The notes: generated by a model not told the origin, from the letters alone. A DNA stretch of 64,000 nucleotides from a bacterium (GCA_023144005.1 JAGLGN010000006.1:148440-212439), one strand, 5' to 3'. Counted from the first letter of the stretch, positions 18,292-28,105 are shown. Program-made: numbers and translations.

Positions 18292-19791
18292 ATGACCGAC
18301 AAAGTTGTCCTTATGCTGAGTTTCGGTGGATATCTTACATTTATTCTCATTATCGGGATCATTGCATCCAAGTTCAATAAAACACTTTCTGATTTTTTAC
18401 TAGGCGGCAGAAAGCTCGGACCGTGGCTGCTCTCCATCTCCGAAAGGGCATCAGGAGAGAGCGCCTGGCTGATCGTCGGGTTTACGGGAACGGCTTTCGC
18501 CATGGGTCTGAAGGCGATCTGGATCGCGCTCGGATGCGCGCTCGGGATCATATTCAATTGGCTCTTCATCGCTAAAAAACTCAGAGAGGCGGGAGGGAAA
18601 TACGATTCCCTTACGATTCCCGATTATTTAGCGGAGCGCTACGGGGATAAGAGGCACATTCTACGCATCACATCTGCGGTAATGATCCTGATCTTCTATG
18701 TTCTTTATGTGTCAGGACAGTTCATGGGTACTCAGAAGATACTTGAGGTGGCATTTAACATACCGCCGACCACCGGAATACTTATAGGTGCGGCGATCAT
18801 TATCTTTTATACCGCGCTGGGCGGATTTATGGCGGTGGTATGGACTGATTTCTTTCAGGGACTTATTATGCTTGCAGCACTCGTTCTGCTCCCGATCCTC
18901 GGACTGATCAAACTGGGGGGATTCGGCGCCGCGATCGAGATGATCCGGGCGGCAAGAGGGCCCGAAGCGGCAGGGCTCTTTTATTCCGGCAATTTCTGGC
19001 AATCTGTAGCTCTTGTGATATCCGGCCTCGGATGGGGACTCGGATATATGGGACAGCCGCATCTTCTGGTGAGATTTATGGCATTTGATGATACAAAGAA
19101 CATAAAAAAGGGAGCCACGATTGCGATCATATGGACCGTGCTCGCATATACCGGTGCGGTGATAATAGGGATAATCGGACTGGCGGCGCTGAAAGGAAGT
19201 CTTGAGAACGGAACGCTTTTCGGGGCGGTGATCACGGACAAGGAACATGTGATGCCAATGCTTGCATTGAAACTTGTGCCGGCGTTCCTAGCGGGGATAT
19301 TCATTTCCGGCGCGATTGCCGCTATGATGTCTACCGCCGACTCCCAGTTGCTCGTATGTACCTCAACGGTCACCGAGGATTATCTGATCAAGGTGAAAAA
19401 GAAAGACCTCAGCAATAAGCAAATGGTCAGGATCAGCAGAATAGTGACCGTAGTGCTTGGCGTCATTGCTCTTGTGTTCGGTATGCTGGGAAGCAAGGTC
19501 TTTGACCAGGTACTGCACGCGTGGGCCGGGCTGGGCGCGACCATAGGCGTAACAATGCTTCTGTCCATTTACTGGAAAAGGTCAAATCTGAACGGAGCTC
19601 TCTGGGGTATGATCACCGGATTTTCCGTTGTCGTGATATGGAACGCGATAAAAATACTGACTCATCTTGAGGGTGTACCGAAATTCTTTGTTTACAGCTT
19701 TGACAATGAGATAGTGCCTGCGTTCATACTTGCGGTTGCCGTCCATATGATAGTTTCGATAGCAACAAAAAAAACAGAGGTTAGAGGGTAG
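18292..19791 (+). CDS. Sodium:solute symporter family (SSS, PutP-like) transporter
   Basis: 499 aa, multi-TM, N-terminal LGGRKLGPWLLSISERASGESAWLIVGFTG typical of SSF. Confidence 0.85.
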   Translation: MTDKVVLMLSFGGYLTFILIIGIIASKFNKTLSDFLLGGRKLGPWLLSISERASGESAWLIVGFTGTAFAMGLKAIWIALGCALGIIFNWLFIAKKLREAGGKYDSLTIPDYLAERYGDKRHILRITSAVMILIFYVLYVSGQFMGTQKILEVAFNIPPTTGILIGAAIIIFYTALGGFMAVVWTDFFQGLIMLAALVLLPILGLIKLGGFGAAIEMIRAARGPEAAGLFYSGNFWQSVALVISGLGWGLGYMGQPHLLVRFMAFDDTKNIKKGATIAIIWTVLAYTGAVIIGIIGLAALKGSLENGTLFGAVITDKEHVMPMLALKLVPAFLAGIFISGAIAAMMSTADSQLLVCTSTVTEDYLIKVKKKDLSNKQMVRISRIVTVVLGVIALVFGMLGSKVFDQVLHAWAGLGATIGVTMLLSIYWKRSNLNGALWGMITGFSVVVIWNAIKILTHLEGVPKFFVYSFDNEIVPAFILAVAVHMIVSIATKKTEVRG

Positions 19792-20016
19792 AGGCCTATA
19801 GAGAAATTAAAAATGGACAATTGACAGTTGACAATTGCAGAGAGAAATGAAGAATGACGCTTCGCAGTGAACCAGCAGACCCAGTGGAACACGATGCGCA
19901 ATGCACCAGGTAGGTGATAAGGTCGTACGTAGAGAGGGATGGATCCTTCGCGTGATAAGCTCAGGATGACAGAACAATATTAATAACATTCAAGGATGTG
20001 TGGAGAATGTTTCCAT

Positions 20017-20132
20017 GTGATTCTAAACATTGCGAAGAGTGTACAATTGCTTCACAATTTTCAACTCTTCGCTTGGAACCTTTACATCGGGACAGACGAA
20101 CGCCTGAAGCGTACGACATGTCCCATATCTTA
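20017..20132 (+). repeat. Second repeat family, copy 1 (hairpin-containing element of about 115 nt)
   Basis: About 85% identical to the reverse complement of 43549-43637 plus 43911-43938. The core CAATTTTCAACTCTTCGCTTGG...CATCGGGACAGACGAACGCC...GCGTACGACATGTCCCATATCTT contains GGGACA...TGTCCC inverted repeats. Confidence 0.45.
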
Positions 20133-20248
20133 CTTCGCTCCGGTATTCTATTGTTTGAACGGATGATTTTAATGAAAGGAGCGATATAGCGTTTTTCCGG
20201 TCTTACTCCCACTTCGTACTTTCCTTTTGAATGTTATTTCAAATTTTA

Positions 20249-20276
20249 TTGACTTAAAAGAAAAATAATGTAAAAT
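20249..20276 (+). promoter_or_regulatory. Putative promoter for tRNA-Ala (TTGACT-16-TAAAAT)
   Basis: -35 at 20249-20254 and -10 at 20271-20276, about 11 nt before the tRNA 5' end. Confidence 0.4.
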
Positions 20277-20287
20277 ATAACCCTAAT

Positions 20288-20360
20288 GGGGATGTAGCTC
20301 AGTTGGGAGAGCGATGCGTTCGCAACGCATAGGTCGTCGGTTCAAATCCGGTCATCTCCA
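20288..20360 (+). tRNA. tRNA-Ala (anticodon CGC)
   Basis: Cloverleaf GGGGATG/CATCTCC acceptor with G3:U70, D-arm GCTCAGTTGGGAGAGC, anticodon loop TTCGCAA, T-loop TTCAAAT. CCA is not encoded. Confidence 0.9.
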
Positions 20361-20922
20361 TTTTTTCCTTTATCATTTATCTCAAAACTAGTGATCTGAT
20401 TCATAAAACAATAAAAGCAGTCTGAAATGTGAAGTGTGAAGTGGTGAAAAGACGGGATGAAATAAAACTGGATCCCACGGTCGCCAACTCCCTCTGGATG
20501 ACACTTTCCACTTCTTTATTTCCTTCCCGCATCCGCTCAACGGGAGCCCGGCAGCGCCGGGCGACCAACCCAAAAGAGTTTTGAACCATTTAAGCGACAT
20601 TGACATTTTTAACGGCAAGAATGAATGGTGGCGAAGCCGAAAATATCCAATTGTCTGAGTGAGCGAAAGCTAACGAGTTTTGGGATTTTAATGAGTGATA
20701 GCCGTGGTGAGTATCGTTGCAAAAAATGACGTGAGAGCAAAAACGGATCAAAACTCAATTAAATAATCTTTATTCAATTGTCAATTTTACATTGACAATT
20801 CAAAGATGATATTCCCTTCGGGTAGATACTCTTTTTATGTCTTCTGCTTTCCTGCGGCTCTCATGCTGAACAAAATAGCATCAGCCATTGTCAATGGATT
20901 TATGAATTAGCTCACTAATAAA

Positions 20923-21414
20923 TTACTTGAATTTCTTAAGCAATGCGCCAAGAAAGGATGCCGGAAGGCCGTTCAGTATCGTATAATTGAAAACCTTATT
21001 CAGGAAATCATCACCCCAGAGGCCGATCTTCAGAAGCGCCATTGAGATGGTGATCAAAACGAATATAGAAAAGATAGCAAGAGCATTTCCGAGATAAGTC
21101 ATGACCTCATCGGCGATAATATCGTACATAAGATCAAAGTACAAGCCAAAAAGAATGATCGCCCAGATATGATTGGAGGGTCCCATTACACCTGTTTTCA
21201 ATACTGCCGCAATGATGCCCAATAGAAATCCTGTGTGCGGGAACACTATGAGCTTACGGGCAAAGAACAGGATACCCAATGCGATAAGCGACAGTATGGC
21301 AGATGAGAACATGACCTCATTACTAAAGAGAAATTCCCCGAGAAATATCTCAACAACACCCCAGAGCAGTCCGAAAACCAATATGCCAAGAAACTTTTTA
21401 GCTAAGGAACTCAT
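20923..21414 (-). CDS. Small polytopic membrane protein, about 5 TM (possibly an ECF-type substrate-capture component)
   Basis: 163 aa, hydrophobic. It overlaps the end of the upstream helicase gene by 17 nt. A QueT-like role is suggested only by queH in the same operon. Confidence 0.4.
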   Translation of the reverse strand: MSSLAKKFLGILVFGLLWGVVEIFLGEFLFSNEVMFSSAILSLIALGILFFARKLIVFPHTGFLLGIIAAVLKTGVMGPSNHIWAIILFGLYFDLMYDIIADEVMTYLGNALAIFSIFVLITISMALLKIGLWGDDFLNKVFNYTILNGLPASFLGALLKKFK

Positions 21415-23872
21415 CTAATTTCTCCAATGCGCTTTGCGTATCAATCAATTGAATCGAGATCGAAGGGTCGAGTTGAGTAAAAAAGGTCTCATATTGGCCC
21501 TGTCTGTATATCCGTTTATCCAGGATAAAGACTCCGCCCATATCAGTTTCGGTTCTGATAAGGCGGCCGATCGCCTGCTTAAAAGATAATTTCGCCTCAA
21601 AATCCATATAATTATTTATCATCTTTTTCCGTTTTTTCACAATAATATCATTCGGCGGAAGGTATGGCATCTTGAATATTACCAGGTATTTTAATATATC
21701 ACCCGGAAAATCGATGCCGTACCAATAGGCCTTTACGCCCATTAGAACCGCATTTGTAGAACTCCGGAATTTCTCATTGATATATTCCCTGTACCAGAGC
21801 CCCTGTTTTTGTAAAAGGATCTCATGTCCGCTATCGTTATTTGCCGATAATCTCTCGTAAATATTATGCATGTCAGCATAGCTTGTAAAGAGCATCATCA
21901 GGCGGCCGCCGGTGTGATCGACCATCTTCTTCATCGAATGATAGGCAGAATCCCTGAAATGATCCCTTGTGGAAAAAGAGTATGCGGGAATATCGTCTAT
22001 CACGAAGATCTTCATCTGCTCACCGAGATCGAACGGGGAAGACAATTGACGCCATCGGAAGTCTTCAACCCCGCAAAGCCGCGTGAAATACGCCAATGAG
22101 CGGTCCACCGAGATAGTCGCGGAGGTCATCAACAATGATTTGACCTTGGGATAAAAATATTTTTTTAGAAGAAGGTCCGCCAGAACCGGACGGACGCTCA
22201 ATGTCCATCCGCCGTTCTTGTCGGTGGAGAACAAAGATACCCATTCGGTCTCCTCTATGATGCTCTCTCCGGAAAGAGCTTTATTAAGGGTGTCGTATAT
22301 GAAAGACAGGTCCTCTATGAGATTGGATGTCCTCACATTCAGATATTTAGCGGCCGTGATCTCTTTTTCGTGATGATCCCGAATCAGGGAAAGGTATTCC
22401 AGAAGGAGCTTAACCTGAACCATAAGCTTTTGCAGGATGTTAAATACTCCCTCAAGATCATGATTCTCCGTCTCATCATAGAGATTTACATTAATAAACC
22501 GGGAATTCTCTGTTTTGATCACTGTTGACAAAAGTATCCTTATTCGCTTTAAGAATCTTTGGATCTCTTTGATAAATGCGTTCTTATCGGACATCGAGAT
22601 CGAATCCTCCAGATTAAAGAGCTCCTCAAAGGTTCTCATAAATGTACGTTTTCCGGTAGATATCCCCTTCAACACACGGAATATATAGTATGTGGATATC
22701 TCTTGAGTATATGCGGAAACGGCAGCGTCATCCAGTTTATCGGCCTCATCAATAACACAGTCGATATTTTCAAATTCACCCGAGGCGATATAGCCGAGCA
22801 TATTCCAGTGATTAACTACGCCTATATTTGATTTCTTGATCTTTTTGATCGCATTGAAGTAAGGACATTCCTTGAAGAATGTGCAGCGTTTATTTAAACA
22901 ATCCTCCCTTCGGGCGCAGATATCCCTGAAAGTGGAATAGAACTCGCTCTCATCCAGCGTTGCGTGGGGAAAGATAAATTGCGGGAGGTCCTCTTCAAGA
23001 TGGGCATGGATATATTGCGAAATTATGCCGAAAAAGATCAGTTTTTCCCTTTTTGAAAAGAGAGTGGAGCCGCCGCTGCTTTCCACCATCTCCATCTTCA
23101 GAAGGCAGGGATAATTCTCCCGCCCGAAGAGAACGGCAGGACGGAACGGCGGAAGGATCTGCTTCAAAAGGTTCAGTTCCTTTTTATAAACCTGGACTTG
23201 AAGGGATTTTGTATATGTGGAAATGAATACGGGCTCTTTCTTGAAATATGAACGCAGCAGCGCGGGGATCAGATAGCCGAGCGTCTTTCCGGTTCCTGTG
23301 GGCGCTTCAATTACCACCGACCCTGTTGAGTTGAATGCGTCATTGGCAAGGCGCGCCATTTCGATCTGCGACTCTCTCTCCACATACCCTTTGCTTTTCA
23401 TCGTTGAGATCAATGCCGAAAGGGCTTCAAGAACCTTCTCTTCTTCAATGGGAGCGGAGTTCTCTTGGCGGAAAGTCTCATACTTGACCGGTTTAAGCAT
23501 GGCCTTGAAGAGATCCCTTGAACTTATTTCAGGAACCGTTTTCATAGCCAATCGCTTGCGGTCTTCTTTCAGCATAAGAAAAAGAGGTGAAAATCTTCGG
23601 TACTCCTTTGAAGATGAAAGGATCTCCAATGATTGATAAATATATTCCCTTAGCATTGACGGAAGGGCGTAATGCCGAGCCAGAGCTGCTTCTGCCGCTT
23701 CGGCGATATCATGTGTTTCTCCTTCCCCGAAAAAGTTCTTCATAATTCCGGAAAGGGTAAAAGCCACATCCTTGGGAGAAAGGAAGAATACCAGATCCCT
23801 TAATGACAGGTTCCCTGAATCTCCTTCATCGGAAGGGTCTAAAGTTATGCCTTTGAAATTAAGACCGGTCAT
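21398..23872 (-). CDS. DinG/XPD(Rad3)-family ATP-dependent DNA helicase with Fe-S domain and a unique 150-aa N-terminal extension
   Basis: 824 aa with Walker A EAPTGTGKTLGYL, DEAH-type VIDEADKL, a four-Cys cluster (YPCLL...CARREDCLNKRCTFFKECPYF) and a C-terminal helicase motif VI region. Confidence 0.8.
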   Translation of the reverse strand: MTGLNFKGITLDPSDEGDSGNLSLRDLVFFLSPKDVAFTLSGIMKNFFGEGETHDIAEAAEAALARHYALPSMLREYIYQSLEILSSSKEYRRFSPLFLMLKEDRKRLAMKTVPEISSRDLFKAMLKPVKYETFRQENSAPIEEEKVLEALSALISTMKSKGYVERESQIEMARLANDAFNSTGSVVIEAPTGTGKTLGYLIPALLRSYFKKEPVFISTYTKSLQVQVYKKELNLLKQILPPFRPAVLFGRENYPCLLKMEMVESSGGSTLFSKREKLIFFGIISQYIHAHLEEDLPQFIFPHATLDESEFYSTFRDICARREDCLNKRCTFFKECPYFNAIKKIKKSNIGVVNHWNMLGYIASGEFENIDCVIDEADKLDDAAVSAYTQEISTYYIFRVLKGISTGKRTFMRTFEELFNLEDSISMSDKNAFIKEIQRFLKRIRILLSTVIKTENSRFINVNLYDETENHDLEGVFNILQKLMVQVKLLLEYLSLIRDHHEKEITAAKYLNVRTSNLIEDLSFIYDTLNKALSGESIIEETEWVSLFSTDKNGGWTLSVRPVLADLLLKKYFYPKVKSLLMTSATISVDRSLAYFTRLCGVEDFRWRQLSSPFDLGEQMKIFVIDDIPAYSFSTRDHFRDSAYHSMKKMVDHTGGRLMMLFTSYADMHNIYERLSANNDSGHEILLQKQGLWYREYINEKFRSSTNAVLMGVKAYWYGIDFPGDILKYLVIFKMPYLPPNDIIVKKRKKMINNYMDFEAKLSFKQAIGRLIRTETDMGGVFILDKRIYRQGQYETFFTQLDPSISIQLIDTQSALEKLDEFLS

Positions 23873-24908
23873 TGCCCCCCTTCACCAGATTGTCAACCGC
23901 TTCCATATATGCTTTGGTAATAGCGGAGTCGGGCAGGGAATCCACAATGGGATGGCCTGAATCGCCATGTTCGGTAATGCTTCCGTCGATCGGGATCTGT
24001 CCTATCAAAGGTACATCATGCTCTTTTGACACCAGCTCTCCTCCGCCTTTGCCGAATATATGATGTTTTTTGCCGGTATCGGGACATTGGAAATAACTCA
24101 TATTTTCAATAATACCTATTACGGGGATCTCGAGGCGCTTGAACATTACAATGCCCTTAATGGCATCGATATACGCCACTTTCTGCGGAGTTGTAACTAT
24201 TACCACTCCATCGATCTTTGCCTCTTGTGTCAGCGTCAGCTGCACATCACCGGTTCCCGGAGGCAGATCGATAAAAAGATAGTCAAGGTCGGGCCAGCGT
24301 ACATCCGTCATGAACTGTTTAAGGGCTCCCACAACAAGCGGGCCGCGCCAGATCACCGGCATATTCTTTTCAACAAAATACCCGATGGACATCATTTTTA
24401 TTCCGTGATTTTCAATAGGCATGATCTTCTTCTGCTCGTCTGCAAAAGGCTGTTCGTCTTCGGTACCCATCATTGTGGGAATGGAGGGGCCCAATATATC
24501 CGCGTCCAGAAGTCCCACACTATAGCCTTTCTTAGCGGTAGCGATAGCGAGATTCACGGCAACTGTCGATTTTCCGACACCGCCCTTTCCCGAACCCACA
24601 GCGATCACATGCTTGATATTGCTGAGCAGCTTACTTATCTTCACTCCGGGTTTCGGTGCCTGCCCGGGAGGGGAGGCTTTCTTCAATTCCACATTGCACT
24701 TCTCTCCCAGTCCGGCTTCCTTTACCAATGAAAGTATCTGCTCTTTGATCGTATTGAATTTCCCCTGGTCCGTGATATTCTTTATCAGTATACTCACCTC
24801 CCCGTCTGGGCTGATCTCCGCCTTTTCTATCATATGGAAATCCACGATATCCCTTTCCATTCCGGGATAATTCACTTTTGCTAAGATCTTTAATAATTTC
24901 TCATCCAT
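23859..24908 (-). CDS. apbC: Mrp/ApbC/NBP35 Fe-S cluster carrier ATPase
   Basis: 349 aa with an N-terminal DUF59-like domain and P-loop VIAVGSGKGGVGKSTVAVNLA. Confidence 0.9.
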   Translation of the reverse strand: MDEKLLKILAKVNYPGMERDIVDFHMIEKAEISPDGEVSILIKNITDQGKFNTIKEQILSLVKEAGLGEKCNVELKKASPPGQAPKPGVKISKLLSNIKHVIAVGSGKGGVGKSTVAVNLAIATAKKGYSVGLLDADILGPSIPTMMGTEDEQPFADEQKKIMPIENHGIKMMSIGYFVEKNMPVIWRGPLVVGALKQFMTDVRWPDLDYLFIDLPPGTGDVQLTLTQEAKIDGVVIVTTPQKVAYIDAIKGIVMFKRLEIPVIGIIENMSYFQCPDTGKKHHIFGKGGGELVSKEHDVPLIGQIPIDGSITEHGDSGHPIVDSLPDSAITKAYMEAVDNLVKGGNDRS

Positions 24909-25482
24909 TTTTCACCTTCTCTTCTTGAAAGTTCTCTTTTTCTTTCAAGCTGTATTCACATCCGCAGTAATCCTGGCGGTATATATTAAGGGCCTTGGAT
25001 AACCTGATACTCATCATGTATCCGTCCTTCTTCTTGAAATTCGTTCTCAAATAAGCGATCTTCGTTTTCTCTTCGATCTTCGCGCCGAGCTCATCAAGCA
25101 TCTGGATCTTTTTTCTGGGGGAATTAGTCAGTGTAGTGGCGAACATATCAAAATCCTCGCTTTTTGCCTTGAGCGCAGTTTTATAAAGGGAGTTCATGAT
25201 GCATCTTCTACATCTTTCGGAATACTCGCAGAGATGCTCAAATCCCTTTACCGCATCGTGCCATTGATCCGGCTCATACTCCCCTTCCAAAAGCCGGTAA
25301 TGCTGCAATTTGGCAAGGGCCTTGACATCGTTCAATCTCTTTTCATATTCCCTGCGGGGATATATGTTCGGATTGTAAAAATAACCGGTAATTTCATGAT
25401 CTTGTCTCAAGAGCGGTACGGAGTACACGGCATCAGGGGCACAACATATATGTATAAGGACCTTCTTTTTATCTTGACGCAA
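24901..25482 (-). CDS. queH: Epoxyqueuosine reductase QueH (DUF208)
   Basis: 193 aa with LIHICCAPDAVYS and a C-terminal CGCEYS Cys cluster. Confidence 0.8.
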   Translation of the reverse strand: MRQDKKKVLIHICCAPDAVYSVPLLRQDHEITGYFYNPNIYPRREYEKRLNDVKALAKLQHYRLLEGEYEPDQWHDAVKGFEHLCEYSERCRRCIMNSLYKTALKAKSEDFDMFATTLTNSPRKKIQMLDELGAKIEEKTKIAYLRTNFKKKDGYMMSIRLSKALNIYRQDYCGCEYSLKEKENFQEEKVKNG

Positions 25483-25996
25483 GTTCCCTGCCCAGGGTAA
25501 AGGCCTGAAGATTCTCTTTTATATACCGCTTGAAGCCGGTCTCTATCGCATTAATAAAATGCCTTTTCTCAATTTCTTTAAAAAGATGGGAGACCGCGCC
25601 GAGCATTATGATATTCGCAAGGCCGGGCATATTGAATTTCTCCAGGGATAATTCTGTCGCTGCGATCGGCATCTTGCTGCCTTTTGAATCCTCAGTGGGA
25701 ACAAATATGGAGCTGTCATAAATCACCACACCGTCTGCCTTGAGATATTTATTATACTTTTCAAAGGCGGCAAGGTTGAAGGCAGCGTGAATATCGCCAT
25801 CGTGAACATGCGGGAAATCAATGACATCAGAAGAGAGTATCGTCTCACCCTCCGTTATGGCGCCGCGTGCCGCGGCATCATATCTTGCCGTTTGCGCCGC
25901 ATAAAGCCCGGCGAGCATGCCGGCTTCAGCAAGAAGTATCGCGGATTTAACTATCCCCTGTCCGCCGATGCCTGTAAATATTACTTCTTTTTTCAT
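25469..25996 (-). CDS. korG: 2-oxoacid:ferredoxin oxidoreductase gamma subunit
   Basis: Start corrected to MKKEVIFTGIGGQGIV (ATG 25996, an ATGA overlap with the korB stop). The upstream extension in the ORF track is unsupported. Confidence 0.8.
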   Translation of the reverse strand: MKKEVIFTGIGGQGIVKSAILLAEAGMLAGLYAAQTARYDAAARGAITEGETILSSDVIDFPHVHDGDIHAAFNLAAFEKYNKYLKADGVVIYDSSIFVPTEDSKGSKMPIAATELSLEKFNMPGLANIIMLGAVSHLFKEIEKRHFINAIETGFKRYIKENLQAFTLGRELASR

Positions 25997-26748
25997 TTGA
26001 ACTCTCCGATCACGATCTTGCCTTTCAATTCCTCGGAAGTCATCTCCGCCGATTTCTTGATACGCACAGAATTCTTCTTGTAATATTCCAGCATTGCAGG
26101 GGCATCGAGACCCATCGTTTTTCCATAATGCGTCGGGCATTGAGAGATCGCTTCTATGAAAGAGAAGCCGGGATTCTTAAATCCTTCCCTTATGCTTGAG
26201 ATCAACTCCCTTACCTGAAAAGCAGTGAAGCGCGCAACATATGAAGCACCCGCGGCCTTGACCAGGCCGGCGAGGTCAAATCCGTCATATTTATTTCCCT
26301 GGGGGTCGGTAACTGTTTTGAATCCCTTCGGCGTAGTGGCGGAGGTCTGTCCGCCTGTCATGCCGTAAATAGAGTTATTGGCGCAGATCACCGTGATATC
26401 GATGTCTCTTCTTGCGGCATGGATCAGATGATTCCCGCCGATCGTCGCGAGATCGCCGTCACCGGAGATAACAATAACATTCAGATCAGGGCGGGCGGTC
26501 TTAACACCGACCGCGGCAGCGATAGCGCGTCCGTGGGTGGTATGAAGCGTATCCGCGTTAATATTAGGAGAAGATATCCAGCCGCCGCAACCGATACCTG
26601 AAACAAATACCGTTTTATCGATATCAATATTCTCTGCCTGCAGGGCTCTAATGACGGAGCCGAGAACTATGCCGTGCCCGCAGCCCGGACAGAACTTCGT
26701 TGGCTGAGCAGCCATTCTTATATGTTGAAATACCGGACTTGGTCTCAT
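25993..26748 (-). CDS. korB: 2-oxoacid:ferredoxin oxidoreductase beta (TPP-binding) subunit
   Basis: 251 aa with CPGCGHG and GDGD TPP motifs. Confidence 0.85.
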   Translation of the reverse strand: MRPSPVFQHIRMAAQPTKFCPGCGHGIVLGSVIRALQAENIDIDKTVFVSGIGCGGWISSPNINADTLHTTHGRAIAAAVGVKTARPDLNVIVISGDGDLATIGGNHLIHAARRDIDITVICANNSIYGMTGGQTSATTPKGFKTVTDPQGNKYDGFDLAGLVKAAGASYVARFTAFQVRELISSIREGFKNPGFSFIEAISQCPTHYGKTMGLDAPAMLEYYKKNSVRIKKSAEMTSEELKGKIVIGEFK

Positions 26749-27878
26749 ATGACACTCCTGAACTTTCTTATGATCTCTGAGGGATACAAGGGCTCTGAAT
26801 TGATCTTATTAATACCGTATACGGGACATTTTGAGATCTTCTTCACCTCTCCCGCTATCTGTCCCATATTCAGCTCGGGGACAAAGACATCCTTGACTTT
26901 GAGCGAAAGGGCTTTGATCGTTTTATACGGGAACGGCCAGATGGTATTCAGCGTCATCAGCCCCGCCTTTATTCCTTCTTCTCTAAGGGCTTTCACGGAA
27001 GACAGGGTTGAACGAGCGGAAATGCCGAAAGAGATAAAGAGATATTCCGCATCATCCATCATATATCCGTCCCAATCTTCGATTTTCGAACTATTCTTTT
27101 CGATCTTATCGTTCAAACGGTTCACCAATTTTTCATGAGCATCATTATCGGCGGTCTTTCTTATGCCGTTCTCGTCATGAGTGGAGCCGGTGATCATCAA
27201 TTTCTTGCCGTCGCCGAATTTGGGCATATCGGGGACCAAACGGCCGCCGAACGGCGGTGTTTCTCCCTTATTCTCCCGGTTGAAAGCCTCATATTCCTGC
27301 GCGATATCCAGAGTTTCACGGGCATGTGATACGGTTTCATCCAGAAGAAGAATTACAGGAACACGATACTGCTCCGAAATATTGAAGGCCTTGATGGTCT
27401 GCTCGAATGCACTTTGCACCGAGTGAGCCGCAAGGACTATATTATTATGTATTCCGTGCGTTCCCCATCTTGCTTGAAGGACATCGCCCTGCGAAACCTT
27501 GGTCGCCTGGCCGGTGGAAGGGCCTGAACGCTGAACATCCACCACCACACAGGGTGTTTCTGTCATTATGGCAAGCCCTATGTTCTCAAGCATCAGAGAA
27601 AGGCCGGGGCCCGATGTGGCGGTCATTGATTTTACTCCACCCCACGAACCGCCTATCAAAGCGGCCATAGAACCGATCTCGTCTTCCATCTGAATGAACT
27701 TACCGTCGACCTCAGCAAAATATTTTATGACGGATGTCATGATATCACTGGCGGGAGTGATCGGGTAACCCGCAAAAAACCGGCAGCCGGCGGTAACTGC
27801 GCCCAATGCGCAGGCCTCATTGCCGGACATCAGATAACGGCCCGGTGAGACCACCGGTGTAACCTTGATACTACCCAT
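26745..27878 (-). CDS. korA: 2-oxoacid:ferredoxin oxidoreductase alpha subunit
   Basis: 377 aa with N-terminal MSGNEACALGAVTAGCRFFAGYPITPASDI. Confidence 0.85.
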   Translation of the reverse strand: MGSIKVTPVVSPGRYLMSGNEACALGAVTAGCRFFAGYPITPASDIMTSVIKYFAEVDGKFIQMEDEIGSMAALIGGSWGGVKSMTATSGPGLSLMLENIGLAIMTETPCVVVDVQRSGPSTGQATKVSQGDVLQARWGTHGIHNNIVLAAHSVQSAFEQTIKAFNISEQYRVPVILLLDETVSHARETLDIAQEYEAFNRENKGETPPFGGRLVPDMPKFGDGKKLMITGSTHDENGIRKTADNDAHEKLVNRLNDKIEKNSSKIEDWDGYMMDDAEYLFISFGISARSTLSSVKALREEGIKAGLMTLNTIWPFPYKTIKALSLKVKDVFVPELNMGQIAGEVKKISKCPVYGINKINSEPLYPSEIIRKFRSVI

Positions 27879-28095
27879 TTTCCACCTCCTCTATGAATAT
27901 GACCTGATCAGGACATAAGAACTCGCAATTCTTACATCCGATACATTTTTCGGGAAATGCTATATCAGTCAATACATAGCCCTTGGGAGATATCTCATCC
28001 CCTCTTTTATAGAGCTTTACGGGGCAGACATCTATGCAGATGCCGCAACCCTTGCATATCTCTCTGTTCAAGTGAATAATAAATTTCTTTGCCAT
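27871..28095 (-). CDS. korD: 2-oxoacid:ferredoxin oxidoreductase delta subunit (2x[4Fe-4S] ferredoxin)
   Basis: 74 aa with two CxxCxxCxxxCP motifs. Confidence 0.8.
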   Translation of the reverse strand: MAKKFIIHLNREICKGCGICIDVCPVKLYKRGDEISPKGYVLTDIAFPEKCIGCKNCEFLCPDQVIFIEEVENG

Positions 28096-28105
28096 GATAT
28101 TCCCT

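Noticed and set aside
18195-18569. 124-aa minus-strand ORF spanning the symporter promoter and start
   Set aside because: It overlaps a clear promoter/RBS and the first TM helices of the symporter on the other strand.
25997-26140. N-terminal extension of korG in the track (MPDALWKNDGSRCP...)
   Set aside because: Homology starts at MKKEVIFTGIGGQG. The ATG at 25996 forms an ATGA overlap with the korB stop, and the extension would overlap korB coding sequence.
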